DNA of 64,000 bases from Thermoanaerobaculia bacterium (GCA_963664405.1 OY761158.1:3712001-3776000), one strand, 5' to 3'; shown: positions 31,606 through 42,706, counted from the first letter of the stretch. The notes: a model not told the origin generated them from the letters alone. Numbers and translations: made by a program.

Positions 31606-33411
31606 ATGTCCTTCGAGGTGCCTCCAGTTGTTCGAGTTTTGGCCGCGACGATCGCGGTTTTGGCCGCGATCGTCGCGCTCGCCTGCTCCGATCTCCCCTC
31701 CGCGGATGTCCGCGAAGCGGCTGCGATCGCCGAGGAGGTTGGGCCTGCACCTCTCTTCGTCGATCGGGCCGAGTCCAGTGGCCTCGTCTTTCATCACTTC
31801 AACGGAATGACCGGCAACTTCGACATGGCCGAGGTGAGCGGTTCCGGTGTCGCCCTCTTCGACTATGACAACGATGGCGACCTCGATGCCTATCTCGTCC
31901 AAGGGGCGATGCTCGAGCGAGGCGCCGCAGTCGAAGAGGCCCTCGTCCCTGCCCGACACCCGCAACCTCTCAGCGATCGCCTTTACCGCAACGAGCTGGT
32001 CGAGACCGGCGAGCTACGCTTCTCCGACATTACGGACCAGGCGGGAGAGCTGTCGCAGGGCTACGGCATGGCGGTGGCGGTCGGTGACTACGACGGCGAC
32101 GGCTGGCGGGATCTCTACGTCACCAACGTCGGTGCAAACCATCTGCTGCGCAACCAAGCGGGGCGCGGCTTCGAGGATGTGACCGCTGCGGCGGGTGTCG
32201 AGGACGACAGTTGGAGCGTGCCGGCGGCCTTTGTCGACTTCGACCGCGACGGTGACGAAGATCTCTTCATCGGCAACTATCTAGCGCGAGATCCAGAAAA
32301 GATGTCGGGCTGCGTCGACTACACGGGCGCTCCGGACTACTGCGGTCCTGAGAACTTTCATGCCCTCCCAGATCGTCTGTTCAGAAACCGCGGTGATGGC
32401 AGCTTCGACGACGTGAGCGCTGAGGCCGGGTTGAAGGCGGCCTTCGGACCGGCCCTCGGTGTCGTCGCCGCCGATCTCGATGGCGACGGTTGGCTCGACC
32501 TCTACGTCGCCAACGATGGCAAGCCCAACCAGTACTGGCACAATCAGGGCGACGGCAGCTTTCGTGACGAATCGCTACTGGCGGGGTGCGCGCTCAACGG
32601 GGCGGGCCAAGAAGAAGCGTCGATGGGAGTCGACGCCGGCGACTTCGACGGCGATGGCGATCTGGATCTCTTCATGACCCACCTGATCAGCGAGAGCAAC
32701 ACTCTCTACCGCAACGACGGTACCGGCGGCTTCGACGACATCACGGCCCGAAGCAATCTCTCCACTCCGAGTCGACTTCACACCTCCTTCGGAACCGGAT
32801 GGCTGGATTACGATCTCGACGGTTGGCTCGACCTACTCGTCGTCAACGGTGCGGTGAAGAAGATCGAGTCACTGGCGAGGGCGGGAGATCCCTTTCCTTT
32901 TCACGAGCGGAACCAGCTCTTTCGCAATACCGGAGACGGTCGCTTCGAGGAGATGAGTGATAGGGGGGGCGCCGCCTTCTCGTTGTCCGAGGTCAGTCGG
33001 GGAGCTGCCTTTGGCGATGTCGATAACGACGGGGACACCGACGTGCTCCTGGTCAACAACAACGGTCCCGCTCGACTCCTGATCAACCAGGTCTCGGCCT
33101 CCAGTTGGCTCGGCGTTCACCTGCTCATCGGCGAGCCGCCGCGAGACGCCCGGGGCGCCAGGGCGGTCGTCGGCGTCGCCGCCGACAGGCGGCTGTTGAG
33201 GAGGGTCAGGGTCGAGGGGAGCTTCGGCTCGGCCAGCGATCCTCGCCTTCTCTTCGGGCTGGGGTCGATGCAGGATTTCCCAGACCTGGAAGTGCACTGG
33301 CCTGACGGCTCCGCCGAGCTGTTTCGAGGTCTGGAGCCGGGTCGATACCATCTCGTGCAGAGAGGCAGTGGGTCTACGGTCGACACCGTGCCCGCGGGAG
33401 AGGAGTCGTGA
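31606..33411 (+). CDS. CRTAC1-family lipoprotein
   Basis: DxDxDGxxD repeats; lipobox LAC; GSFGSASDPRLLFGLG. Confidence 0.88.
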   Translation: MSFEVPPVVRVLAATIAVLAAIVALACSDLPSADVREAAAIAEEVGPAPLFVDRAESSGLVFHHFNGMTGNFDMAEVSGSGVALFDYDNDGDLDAYLVQGAMLERGAAVEEALVPARHPQPLSDRLYRNELVETGELRFSDITDQAGELSQGYGMAVAVGDYDGDGWRDLYVTNVGANHLLRNQAGRGFEDVTAAAGVEDDSWSVPAAFVDFDRDGDEDLFIGNYLARDPEKMSGCVDYTGAPDYCGPENFHALPDRLFRNRGDGSFDDVSAEAGLKAAFGPALGVVAADLDGDGWLDLYVANDGKPNQYWHNQGDGSFRDESLLAGCALNGAGQEEASMGVDAGDFDGDGDLDLFMTHLISESNTLYRNDGTGGFDDITARSNLSTPSRLHTSFGTGWLDYDLDGWLDLLVVNGAVKKIESLARAGDPFPFHERNQLFRNTGDGRFEEMSDRGGAAFSLSEVSRGAAFGDVDNDGDTDVLLVNNNGPARLLINQVSASSWLGVHLLIGEPPRDARGARAVVGVAADRRLLRRVRVEGSFGSASDPRLLFGLGSMQDFPDLEVHWPDGSAELFRGLEPGRYHLVQRGSGSTVDTVPAGEES

Positions 33412-35468
33412 CTCGTTTCCGAGCCGCCCTGTTGGTGATCGGGCTCAGCACCGCCTGCACCTCTCCCGAGGCGGAAAGGACGGTTCCCGCGGCCACGAGC
33501 GCCACTGGCGCTGCCGACATTTCGAACCAGCTGGTGCCCATCCCCTGGCCCGACCTCGCCAAGGCTGAGTCCCAGGTCAAGGAACAGATCGGACCTCTGC
33601 GGACTGCTCTGGAACAGCGTCAGGCGTCGTCCAGCCCCGATCCACGCGCCTTTGCCGAGGACCACGGGCGCGTCGGTGTCGTCTTTATCGCCTACGAGTT
33701 TCTGGAGGCGGCCGAAGCCTGCTTTCGCAATGCCGGGGCCCTGGCCGAGGAGGACCCTCGCTGGCCCTACCTCCTCGGCTACCTACTCAAGATGCAGGGC
33801 CAACTCGAAGAGGCGGCGCCGCTCTTGGAGCTGGCACTCGCGCTCGAGCCCGAGAACTGGGTCACGCGGGTTCGTCTGGGAGACACTTACTTCGAGCTCG
33901 GGCGCCACGAACTGGCTCGCGACCACTACGGAGCTGTGCTCGACTCGCGCCCCGAAGAGGCTGCTGTTCATGCCGGTTTAGGTCGCATGGCGGTGGCCGA
34001 AGGTGACGACTCCGCCGCTGTGGAGCATCTGTTGCGAGCGCTGGAGATCCAGCCTGGGGCGACCAGCTTGCACTATCCTCTCGGGCAGACCTATCGGCGT
34101 CTGGGGGAGCTGGAGCAGGCTGGGGCGCATCTCGCCAAGCGGGGGGACATCACAGTGAGGATCGAAGATCCTCTGCTCGATCCGATCGCCGTTCTCGGGC
34201 GGAGTGCCCAGTTCTACCTCGATCAGGCGGGCCGGGGCATGGAGAACGGGCGTTACGACATCGCCGCCGAGAATTTCCGCCAGGCCCTGGAGTACGATCC
34301 TGAGGCTTTCCGGGCCTACCGTGGGCTCGCTTTCAGCCTCGCCGAGCTGGGTGACCGCAGCGGTGCCATGGTGGAGCTCCGGCGCGGCTTGGAGCGGGGT
34401 CGCACCGGTGGCGACAGCCAGGATCGCTGGCAGCAAGCCGAGATTCATCGTCTGCTTGGCGAGCTGTTGGTTCTCGATGGCAACGACGGCGGGGCGATCG
34501 TGGAGTTCCGACGCGCCCTTGAGCTGCGCAGTGATCGCCTGGACGCCGTTCTTCTCCTAGCCAACGCTCTGGCTCGTAGCGGCGAGCTCGACGAGGCCGT
34601 TTCTCTTTACGATCGACTCCTCGCAGCCCAGCCCGCCAATGCTGCGACGAGATTGCGGCGGGCGACGGCCCTGATCAATCTCGGGCGAGAGGCGGAGGCG
34701 CTGGTCGACTTCGAAGCGGCGGTCGCCGCCGAGCCCTCGAACGCCGAGATTCGGCTGCGTTTTGCCGAGGCGCTCGACTACCTCGGTCGCCCCGCCGAAG
34801 CTCGAGAGCAGCGGGCGCTCGCGAGGTCGGAGGGTGACGAGCTGGCGGGCGTGCTCGCCGAGGCGGACGCTCTGGTCGCGCGGGGAGGCTTCGAAGAAGC
34901 GCACTCATTGCTGCAAGAGGCGCTGGGCCGGAGTCCGGAGAGCCTCGATCTGCGCCTCCGCGTAGCTCGTCTGCAGGGTCATCTCGGGAACTACGCCGGC
35001 GCGGCTGAGATCTTCGGCAGGCTGCGCCACGAGCGGCCGCGCCTTGCGGAGCCTTGGCGGGGGGAGATCTCCGCTCTGATCCTTCTCGAGCGTTACGGTG
35101 AGGCCCGTGAGCGCTTCCGCGAGGCTCTGGAGAACTTTCCCCGAGACGCCCAACTGGCTCACGGGCTGGCCCGTCTGTTGGCGATCGCGCCCGGGGCCGG
35201 AGAGCGAAACGCCGCCCTCGCTGTCGACCTTAGTCAGCGGGTCCTGGAGGCCCGCAACGAACCCGCGACCCAGGAAACCTTGGCGATGGCCCTCGCCGAG
35301 TCGGGTAAACAGCGGGAAGCCGCGGCCCTGCAACGCCAAGTCCTGACCGCGGTCGGTGGTGGCGACGATCTCCAGCGCAGCAGGCTAGAAGCCTACGAGC
35401 GCGGCGAGGCCTGGCGGTTGAGCTCGCCGGACGAGATTCTGAGCTTGCTTCTTCCGGGGGGAGCATGA
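33408..35468 (+). CDS. Tetratricopeptide-repeat lipoprotein
   Basis: Lipobox-like STAC; many TPR-like helices. Confidence 0.85.
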   Translation: MTRFRAALLVIGLSTACTSPEAERTVPAATSATGAADISNQLVPIPWPDLAKAESQVKEQIGPLRTALEQRQASSSPDPRAFAEDHGRVGVVFIAYEFLEAAEACFRNAGALAEEDPRWPYLLGYLLKMQGQLEEAAPLLELALALEPENWVTRVRLGDTYFELGRHELARDHYGAVLDSRPEEAAVHAGLGRMAVAEGDDSAAVEHLLRALEIQPGATSLHYPLGQTYRRLGELEQAGAHLAKRGDITVRIEDPLLDPIAVLGRSAQFYLDQAGRGMENGRYDIAAENFRQALEYDPEAFRAYRGLAFSLAELGDRSGAMVELRRGLERGRTGGDSQDRWQQAEIHRLLGELLVLDGNDGGAIVEFRRALELRSDRLDAVLLLANALARSGELDEAVSLYDRLLAAQPANAATRLRRATALINLGREAEALVDFEAAVAAEPSNAEIRLRFAEALDYLGRPAEAREQRALARSEGDELAGVLAEADALVARGGFEEAHSLLQEALGRSPESLDLRLRVARLQGHLGNYAGAAEIFGRLRHERPRLAEPWRGEISALILLERYGEARERFREALENFPRDAQLAHGLARLLAIAPGAGERNAALAVDLSQRVLEARNEPATQETLAMALAESGKQREAAALQRQVLTAVGGGDDLQRSRLEAYERGEAWRLSSPDEILSLLLPGGA

Positions 35469-37180
35469 GAAAGGGAGCAGCGGCTGTCGTCGCTACTCTC
35501 GTCGGCGCGGGGGCCTCGGCAGAGGCCCCGCCGATCTTCGTCGACGTTGCCAAGGAAGCTGGCATCGACTTCGTCTACTTCAACGGTATGAGCGGCGCTT
35601 ACTACATGCCGGAGATGGTCGGAGGTGGTGGAGCCCTCTTCGACTACGACAACGACGGCGACCTCGACGTCTACCTGGTCCAGGGGAGCTTGCTAGTCAA
35701 GGATTCTTCGTCAAAGGGCTCGACGGCCGCGGAGACCGGAGAGCTCGGCGACCGTCTGTTTCGCAATGAGCTCATCAGCGAGACCGGCAGCGGGGTTCTT
35801 CGTTTCACCGACGTGAGTGAGGAGGCGGGCCTCGGCGCCGGCGGCTATGGCCTCGGCATCGCCACGGCGGATTTCGACAACGACGGCTGGCGGGATGTGT
35901 ACGTGACAGGCTTCGGCTCCAATCGCCTGTTGCGCAATCGCGGGAACGGATCGTTCGAGAACGTCACCGAGGCGAGTGGCACGAACGACTCGCGTTGGAG
36001 CGTGCCAGCTCTCTTTTTCGACTACGATCGCGACGGTTGGCTCGATCTCTTTGTCGGCAACTACGTGGACTACTCGCTGGAATCTTCCAAGACCTGCAGG
36101 AGCTTGTCGGGAGTGCCAGACTACTGCGGCCCGCTCTCCTATGAGGCCGCGTCGGACCGACTGTTGCGAAACCGGGGCGACGGCACCTTCGAAGAGGTCA
36201 CTGCGAAGGCCGGTCTGCTTGCCGCCCGCGGTGGGGCCCTGGGCGCCGTCGCCGGAGACTTTGATTCCGACGGCTGGCCGGATCTGTACGTTGCCAATGA
36301 CGGTCTGCCGAACCAGATGTGGATCAATCAGGGCGACGGGAAGTTTCTCGACGAGGCGCTGCTCGCCGGCACCTCGGTCAACATGATGGGCCGTCCCGAG
36401 GCGAGCATGGGTGTCGCCCTCGGCGACTTCGACGACGATGGTGACGAGGACCTGTTCCTCACCCATCTTCGCGCCGAGACCAATACTCTCTACCGCAACG
36501 GCGGCGATGGATTCTTCGAAGATGCGACCACCGCAACCGGGCTGGGCGCGGCGAGTTGGACCTTCACCGCCTTCGGCACCGCCTTTGTGGACTACGACAA
36601 TGACGGGCTTCTCGACCTCTTCGTCGCCAACGGAGCGGTTCATGTGCCGGATGGCCCGGTCGAAGAAGGCCGCGTCTTTCCGCTTGATGAGCGCAACCAA
36701 CTGTTCCGCAACCTCGGCGGCGGCAGATTCGCCGACGTCAGCGCTTCAGTAGGTCCGGTGATGTCGCTGTCGGAGGTGAGTCGAGCGGTTGTCCCGGGTG
36801 ATATCGACAACGATGGGGATGCTGATCTCCTGGTGATCAACAACTCCGGCCCGACGCGACTGCTCTTGAACCAGATCGGTTCGCAGAAGCAGTGGATCGG
36901 CGTCCGCGCTGTCGAAGGCGATCCGCCCAGGGACAGCCTCGGCGCCCGCGTCGGCGTCCGCCTGGCGAGTGGCGCGATGCGCTGGCGTTGGATTCGAACC
37001 GCCGGCAGCTACGCCGCCTCGGCGGACCCGAGAGCGCTGATCGGGCTGGGAGACGTCGAACGGGTGGACGAGGTCGTGGTGGTGTGGCCGGATGGCACCG
37101 GGGAACGGTGGCCGGCGACTTTGGGCCGTTACACCACCCTTCTTCGGCGAACCGGCGAAGCCTGGCGGGAGAGCCGGTGA
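35465..37180 (+). CDS. CRTAC1-family protein
   Basis: Signal peptide; DxDxDGxxD repeats; GSYAASADPRALIGLG. Confidence 0.88.
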   Translation: MRKGAAAVVATLVGAGASAEAPPIFVDVAKEAGIDFVYFNGMSGAYYMPEMVGGGGALFDYDNDGDLDVYLVQGSLLVKDSSSKGSTAAETGELGDRLFRNELISETGSGVLRFTDVSEEAGLGAGGYGLGIATADFDNDGWRDVYVTGFGSNRLLRNRGNGSFENVTEASGTNDSRWSVPALFFDYDRDGWLDLFVGNYVDYSLESSKTCRSLSGVPDYCGPLSYEAASDRLLRNRGDGTFEEVTAKAGLLAARGGALGAVAGDFDSDGWPDLYVANDGLPNQMWINQGDGKFLDEALLAGTSVNMMGRPEASMGVALGDFDDDGDEDLFLTHLRAETNTLYRNGGDGFFEDATTATGLGAASWTFTAFGTAFVDYDNDGLLDLFVANGAVHVPDGPVEEGRVFPLDERNQLFRNLGGGRFADVSASVGPVMSLSEVSRAVVPGDIDNDGDADLLVINNSGPTRLLLNQIGSQKQWIGVRAVEGDPPRDSLGARVGVRLASGAMRWRWIRTAGSYAASADPRALIGLGDVERVDEVVVVWPDGTGERWPATLGRYTTLLRRTGEAWRESR

Positions 37181-38714
37181 GGAAGACGATCCTCTTCATC
37201 GTGTTTGCCACGAGCACTGCCGCGAGAGGCCAGGTGGCGATTCCTCATCCCGATCTGACACCCGTCGATCCCGCTGTGCGATCTCAGATCGAGGAGATAC
37301 GTGATCGCTACGAGATCCTTAGTGTGGATCGTCCCGAGAGCGCCGAAGTGAGAGGCGCGCTGCGTCTTCTAGGCGAGCACTACCTCGCCTACGGCTTTTA
37401 CGCCGCCGCCGAGGTCAGCCTCTCCAACCTCGCCCTGAAGGTCCACGACGATGCAAGAGCGCTCTATCTGCTGGCCTATATTCGCGAGTACAGGGGCAAG
37501 ACCGAGGAGGCAGTCGCCACCTTCGCCGACGTCATCCGGATCGAGCCCGACAACGCCCCGGCCTATCTGCGTCGCGGCAGGCTCCTGCTCGAGTTGGGTG
37601 AAAGCCTTCCCGAGGCCGAGGCATCGTTCGTAGCGGCCCTGGAGGCGGATCCGGCATGCGCCGCCGCTCGCTACGGACGGGGTGAGGTCGCCCGCCTGCG
37701 CAGCGAGTGGCCCGTGGCCGTCGATCATTACCGAGCCGCGCTGGAGATGGCTCCCGACTCCGACCAGATCCGCTACGCTCTCGGCATCGCCCTGCGGCAG
37801 TCGGGGCGCATCGAGGAGGCCAGGACCCAGCTCCAGCAGATAACGGCTAGGGTGACGGCGGGATCGGCAACGTGGGAGGGATGCGCCGATCCCGTCCTTG
37901 CCGACATCGGCCGATTAGCAACCGGTGTGGCCGTTCACCTCACCCGCGGAGCTCTTGCCTATTTCGACGGCGATCTCGCGACCGAGGTCGAAGAGTACGG
38001 CAAAGCCGTCGAGGCCGACAAGAGCGACGCCGAGGCACGCAAACGACACGCTTCGGCTCTTCTTCGCTCGGGTCGCTTGGACGAAGCGGTCGCCGAATAC
38101 GAAGAGGCCCAACGTCTCGATCCGCTAGACGCGATCCCCTTTTTCGATCTCGCCGAGATTCGGCGCTCGCAAGGCCGTCTCGACGAAGCAGAAGACCTCT
38201 ACCGAGCTGCCCTCGAGCGCAATCCGCAGCTCGATCGGGCCCTCCTTCAGCTCGGTGCGATCGCCTTGACCGAGGGGAGGCCGCTGGTGCAGAGGAGCTC
38301 TTTCGGCAAGCGCTGAAGGTCGATCCGCTGCAAGGAACGGCCCGGGCCCAGTTGGCGATGGTGCTGTTTCAGACCAATCGGCGCGACGAGGGGCTGGTCG
38401 AGCTGCGGCGGACCTTGGCAGAAACGCCGCCGAAGAGCCCGGATGAGCTGGCCCAGCTCGCGACGCTGCTCCTCCTGATGGGAGATGTTGACAACGGCGT
38501 TTCCCATCTCGAGAGCGTTCTCGACAGCGATGCCTTGCCGCGGACGCGGGCCCAGGCACACTCCTGGATCGGAATGGTCCAACTCGGCCGTGATGAGCTG
38601 GACGCAGCGGTGACCAGCTTCGAGAGCGCGCTCTCACTGGACCCCGATCTCATCGATGCCCGCACCCGCCTCGAAGAGGCGAAACAGAAACTGAAGGATC
38701 GCTCCAACCTGTAG
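37177..38714 (+). pseudogene. TPR protein, frameshifted near 38281
   Basis: GTG at 37177 overlaps the upstream stop; TPR pattern continues in the frame ending at 38714 (AGAEELFRQAL..). Confidence 0.75.
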
Positions 38715-38723
38715 CAGCGCGTT

Positions 38724-40025
38724 CTACTCGAGATACTTCAACATCTCGCGCGCGGCGTCGGCGTTGGGATCGTCCGGTGCCAGGGCGAGGAACTTCTCGA
38801 GGTGCTCCTTGGCCTTGGCGCTCTCCTCAGAGTTGGAGTAGGCGAGGCCGAGGTGGTAGTGGGCGCTGGCATTTTCCGGCACCAGCTCGATCACTCTCTC
38901 GAGGTCGATGGCGGCGCCCGCGATGTCGCCGGCATTGAATTTCGTCACGCCGGACTCGGAAAAGGTCTTAGCCAGGGCCGCCGGGTCGACCTCGGCCAGC
39001 GCGTCGAAGGCCGCCTGGCTCTTCACCTGGTCGCCAAGACCCCTGTAGGCTTCGTAGCGCACACGGAGGGCTCGTGCGTTGCCGGGGTTTGCAGCCAGAA
39101 AACTCTCCGCTTGCGGCGCCGCTTCCGACCACTTCTCCTGCCTGGCGTAGACGAGCATCAGTGCCTCGACCGCCGGCATGAAGCCGGGCTCGACCTCCAG
39201 AGCTTCGAGGAAACGTTTCTCGCCAGAGGCCAGGTCACCCTCTCTAGTGGCGTCTGCGCCTTCGTTGTAGAGCAGGGTCGCTGTGTCGGCGTCCTGACCG
39301 AGGTCAGCGAGGCGTTTCAGGGTCTTCTCCGCTTCATTGGCGTTGCCGAGACCGCTGTGGGCCTCGTAGAGGAGGCGAAGGCCGCGGGGGCTGTCCGGGG
39401 CGAGCTTGGCGAAGGTCTGCGCCGAGCTCAGTGCATTTTCGAAGTCACCGCTGTCGAGGTAAGCCGTGGCAAGTGCGGAATGAACCGCCACCATCTTCGG
39501 GTCCAAGCTCCCGGCTTCGAGGAATTTGGCTTTGGCGGTGGCGAAATCCTTCGCCTCAAGAGCGTTGACTCCCTCGTTGAAGGCGGTCTCGGCCGGGGTG
39601 AAGACCGTTCTGCCCGGGTCTCCGCCGCTGTCTTCTTCGCTGGCAGTGGTGGTACTGGTGGCGCCGCTTGAACCGCTGCTTCGAGTCACCGCTGTCAGAG
39701 CTATAGTGCTGAAGCTCGTTTCTCCCAGCTTCGGCTTGACATCCGCCGTCACCGGCGAGTAGCCATCGGCTTCGACGGCAAACTGGTAGACAAAGACCGC
39801 GCTGGGGACCATGATCATGGCCTTCCCCCTCTTGTTCGTGGTCTTCTCGAGTTTGAAGTTACCTCTCTTGGCGGTGGTGACAGTCACCACTGCGCCATCG
39901 ACGCCGTTGCCATCGGCGTCGGTGACGGTGAGGGAGATGCGCGCCGGCTGTGCCGACAACGGCGATGAGAAGACTCCGACTAGAACGAGGGCGAATGGGA
40001 CGGCAAGGCGTGCCTGCCACTTCAT
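38724..40025 (-). CDS. Secreted TPR protein with N-terminal carboxypeptidase-regulatory-like beta domain
   Basis: Signal peptide; VTDADGNGVDGAVV; TPRs ending FLALAPDDPNA. Confidence 0.85.
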   Translation of the reverse strand: MKWQARLAVPFALVLVGVFSSPLSAQPARISLTVTDADGNGVDGAVVTVTTAKRGNFKLEKTTNKRGKAMIMVPSAVFVYQFAVEADGYSPVTADVKPKLGETSFSTIALTAVTRSSGSSGATSTTTASEEDSGGDPGRTVFTPAETAFNEGVNALEAKDFATAKAKFLEAGSLDPKMVAVHSALATAYLDSGDFENALSSAQTFAKLAPDSPRGLRLLYEAHSGLGNANEAEKTLKRLADLGQDADTATLLYNEGADATREGDLASGEKRFLEALEVEPGFMPAVEALMLVYARQEKWSEAAPQAESFLAANPGNARALRVRYEAYRGLGDQVKSQAAFDALAEVDPAALAKTFSESGVTKFNAGDIAGAAIDLERVIELVPENASAHYHLGLAYSNSEESAKAKEHLEKFLALAPDDPNADAAREMLKYLE

Positions 40026-40049
40026 ACGGTGCTCCTTCCTCGCTCCATT

Positions 40050-40475
40050 CTAACAAGCAGCGATGCGGAGCTCGAAGCGCTTCGACTCTCCTAGCGGTTC
40101 CGGGCGATCGATCCGAAACATGTAGCAGCCATAGGTACTGTTCCGAGCATGGATGAGACACACGCGTGAGTCGTCGAGAAGGTTCGAGATCACCTCTTCC
40201 ACTACGCGCCCACCGACGAGCTCCGCATCTTCGATCTCGGCATCCTCGTTGTAGGCACGGAGAACGACTTCGCTTCGCGGGAGCTCATCGGGGTAGCCCT
40301 GGTCCGCAAGATGGGGCGTACATTCCCGTTCATGGATGAAGATCGGTCCGACCTCGGAGTAGGGGGTGTCGCTCTCGAACGGCGAGTAGGAGAGCAGGAT
40401 CACTCCTTCTCCCGGATCGCTGAGTTTTAGGCAGACCCGGCACTGATGTCGGTCAGTGTCATGGCGGACCTGCAA
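40050..40475 (-). CDS. DUF1203-family protein, probably N-terminally truncated
   Basis: CRVCL, PYSEVGPIFIH, LRAY, HARN..YGCY; in-frame stop shortly upstream. Confidence 0.7.
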   Translation of the reverse strand: MQVRHDTDRHQCRVCLKLSDPGEGVILLSYSPFESDTPYSEVGPIFIHERECTPHLADQGYPDELPRSEVVLRAYNEDAEIEDAELVGGRVVEEVISNLLDDSRVCLIHARNSTYGCYMFRIDRPEPLGESKRFELRIAAC

Positions 40476-40822
40476 TTCGTGCCCATATGCGTCTTTCCTG
40501 AGGTGGCGAGTCTGCCTAGTGTCGTGTCTTCATAGTCCGCCAACATTACGCTCTCGAGCTCGCACGTGCTGGCCGTTTTCGGACCTCACTGTCGGACTCG
40601 GATCACGGTCCGTATCACCTCAGCGAATCGACACCGCCGGGCCGTCACGCTCTGGTCAAGGTTGCCGCACTGTTGAAACTCGAGGAGGTTTCGATCTGTC
40701 GGCTCTCCTACATCGGTCCTGATCGAAAGCGGTACGGAGTGCTGTTGGCTGAGCCTGAAACGGCCTCGAGGGTGTAGTACTGTGCCCTCCGCCGTTCACC
40801 TATATGGATTGGGGACTTTGAG

Positions 40823-42706
40823 ATGAGAACGAGGCTACTGGGCAAGCTCTGCGTCACGGTTGTAGTGGCTGCCTTTGTGCACACCGCAAGCATCCGCGAC
40901 TCCGTCGCGCAAGAGAGCAAGTACTCACCGTACGCATCGCCCGATCATCCTGTTCGCGCTTATTGGGGTGACCAGCACGTGCACTCCTCCTGGTCCGCGG
41001 ACGCCGCCACCAGCGGGACGACAGTGGGTCCCGAAGAGGCGCTTCGATTCGCGCGCGGTGAGGAAGTCACTTCGACCACGGGACAACGTGTCAAGTTGGC
41101 TCGCCCACTGGATTGGCTGGCGTTGAGCGACCACTCCGATCTGATGGGTGTCATCACAGAGGTCAAGGCCGGCAACCCCGAGCTCATGAAGGACTCGGTC
41201 CTCGAGCAATGGCGCGAGCAGATGAATGCCGGGGGCGAAGAGGCCGGAAAGGCGATGATGGACCTGGTCAGGAGGCAGTCCACCGGCACCCTTCCACCAG
41301 CGGCTTTGGACGATGGTTTGGCGCGATCGGTTTGGTCGAAGAGCACGGCCATCATGGAGCGCTACAACGAGCCAGGCCGGTTCACTGCGTTCATCGCCTT
41401 CGAATGGACTTCGAACGCTGGAGGAGGAAACAACCTTCACCGCAACGTGATCTACCGTGACGGTAAGGACAGAGCCGACCAGGTCCTTCCGATGACGACC
41501 TTCGATTCGGATAACCCGGAGGACCTGTTGAAGTGGATGGCCATGTGGGAGAAGAAGACTGGCGGGTCGCTCTTGGCAATCCCGCACAACGGCAACATCT
41601 CCAACGGCAGGATGTTCCCCTTGCACACCTTCGACGGAGAGCCGCTGACGGCTGAATGGGCGCGGGCGCGCGCCCGGTTCGAAGTGCTCTACGAAGTGAC
41701 GCAGGGCAAGGGAACCGGCGAGGCCCACCCTTCATTGGCTCCCAACGACGAGTTCGCGGATTTCGAGATCTGGGACTGGGGCAACTTGATTCTAGTGCCA
41801 AAGGAACCGGGCATGATCGAAGCCGAGTACGCCAGAGACGCCTTCAAGAACGGCCTCTGGCTCGAGGAGAAGCTGGGCGTCAATCCGTTCAAGTTCGGTC
41901 TTGTTGGAGGAACGGACGCCCACAACGGGCTGACCGCAGCAGAAGAACCCAACTTCTTCGGCAAGTTCCCCACGGAGGAGCCAAGCCCGTTGCGCTGGGA
42001 TTGGAACGCGTTCGACTTCGGCGGGCGTACGGTCAAGGGCTGGAGGCTCGGGGCATCCGGACGGACCGCCGTGTGGGCCACTGACAATACGCGCACCGCC
42101 TTGTGGGATGCCATGAAGCGCAAGGAAGTGTACGCCTCCACCGGCCCCCGCATCACCGTCCGCTTCTTTGGCGGTTTCGACTTCAGCGAAAAAGATGCAC
42201 TGACCCACGAGCCCGCGGCGGCTGGATATGCGAAGGGCGTGCCCATGGGTGGTGACTTGAAGAGTGCCCCAGCGGGCAAGACGCCGACTTTCCTGGTAGC
42301 CGCGGCAAAGGACCCGCTTGGGGGCAATCTCGACCGCATCCAGGTCATCAAGGGTTGGCTCGACGAGTCCGGCGACGTTCAGGAGAAGATCTACGACGTC
42401 GTGTGGGGCGATTCCGAATCCCGCCGAAGAGACGCGCAAGGGCGCGTGCCACCGGTAGGGAGTACGGTCGATGCCAAGCGTGCAACCTGGACCAACACCA
42501 TCGGCGATGCTCAGCTGATCGCTGTGTGGAAGGATCCCGACTTCAATCCGCGCTTGCGCGCCTTCTACTATGCCCGGGTGCTGGAAATCCCGACTCCGCG
42601 TTGGACCACGTACGATGCCGTCCGCTTCGGGATCGAACTGTCCGAAGAAGTGCCGCGGGCCCTTCAGGAAAGGGCCTACACTTCGCCGATCTGGTACACC
42701 CCGTGA
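40823..42706 (+). CDS. DUF3604 domain protein (secreted, PHP-like metal-binding)
   Basis: WGDQHVHSSWSADA, SDHSD, NNLHRNV, IPHNGN, GGTDAH, QERAYTSPIWYTP. Confidence 0.88.
   Translation: MRTRLLGKLCVTVVVAAFVHTASIRDSVAQESKYSPYASPDHPVRAYWGDQHVHSSWSADAATSGTTVGPEEALRFARGEEVTSTTGQRVKLARPLDWLALSDHSDLMGVITEVKAGNPELMKDSVLEQWREQMNAGGEEAGKAMMDLVRRQSTGTLPPAALDDGLARSVWSKSTAIMERYNEPGRFTAFIAFEWTSNAGGGNNLHRNVIYRDGKDRADQVLPMTTFDSDNPEDLLKWMAMWEKKTGGSLLAIPHNGNISNGRMFPLHTFDGEPLTAEWARARARFEVLYEVTQGKGTGEAHPSLAPNDEFADFEIWDWGNLILVPKEPGMIEAEYARDAFKNGLWLEEKLGVNPFKFGLVGGTDAHNGLTAAEEPNFFGKFPTEEPSPLRWDWNAFDFGGRTVKGWRLGASGRTAVWATDNTRTALWDAMKRKEVYASTGPRITVRFFGGFDFSEKDALTHEPAAAGYAKGVPMGGDLKSAPAGKTPTFLVAAAKDPLGGNLDRIQVIKGWLDESGDVQEKIYDVVWGDSESRRRDAQGRVPPVGSTVDAKRATWTNTIGDAQLIAVWKDPDFNPRLRAFYYARVLEIPTPRWTTYDAVRFGIELSEEVPRALQERAYTSPIWYTP

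Noticed and set aside
29831-37180. Repeated GACxxCGACxxCGACGG DNA as a CRISPR array or tandem repeat
   Set aside because: These encode DxDxDG FG-GAP loops in paralogous genes; no repeat-spacer periodicity and no cas genes in the window.
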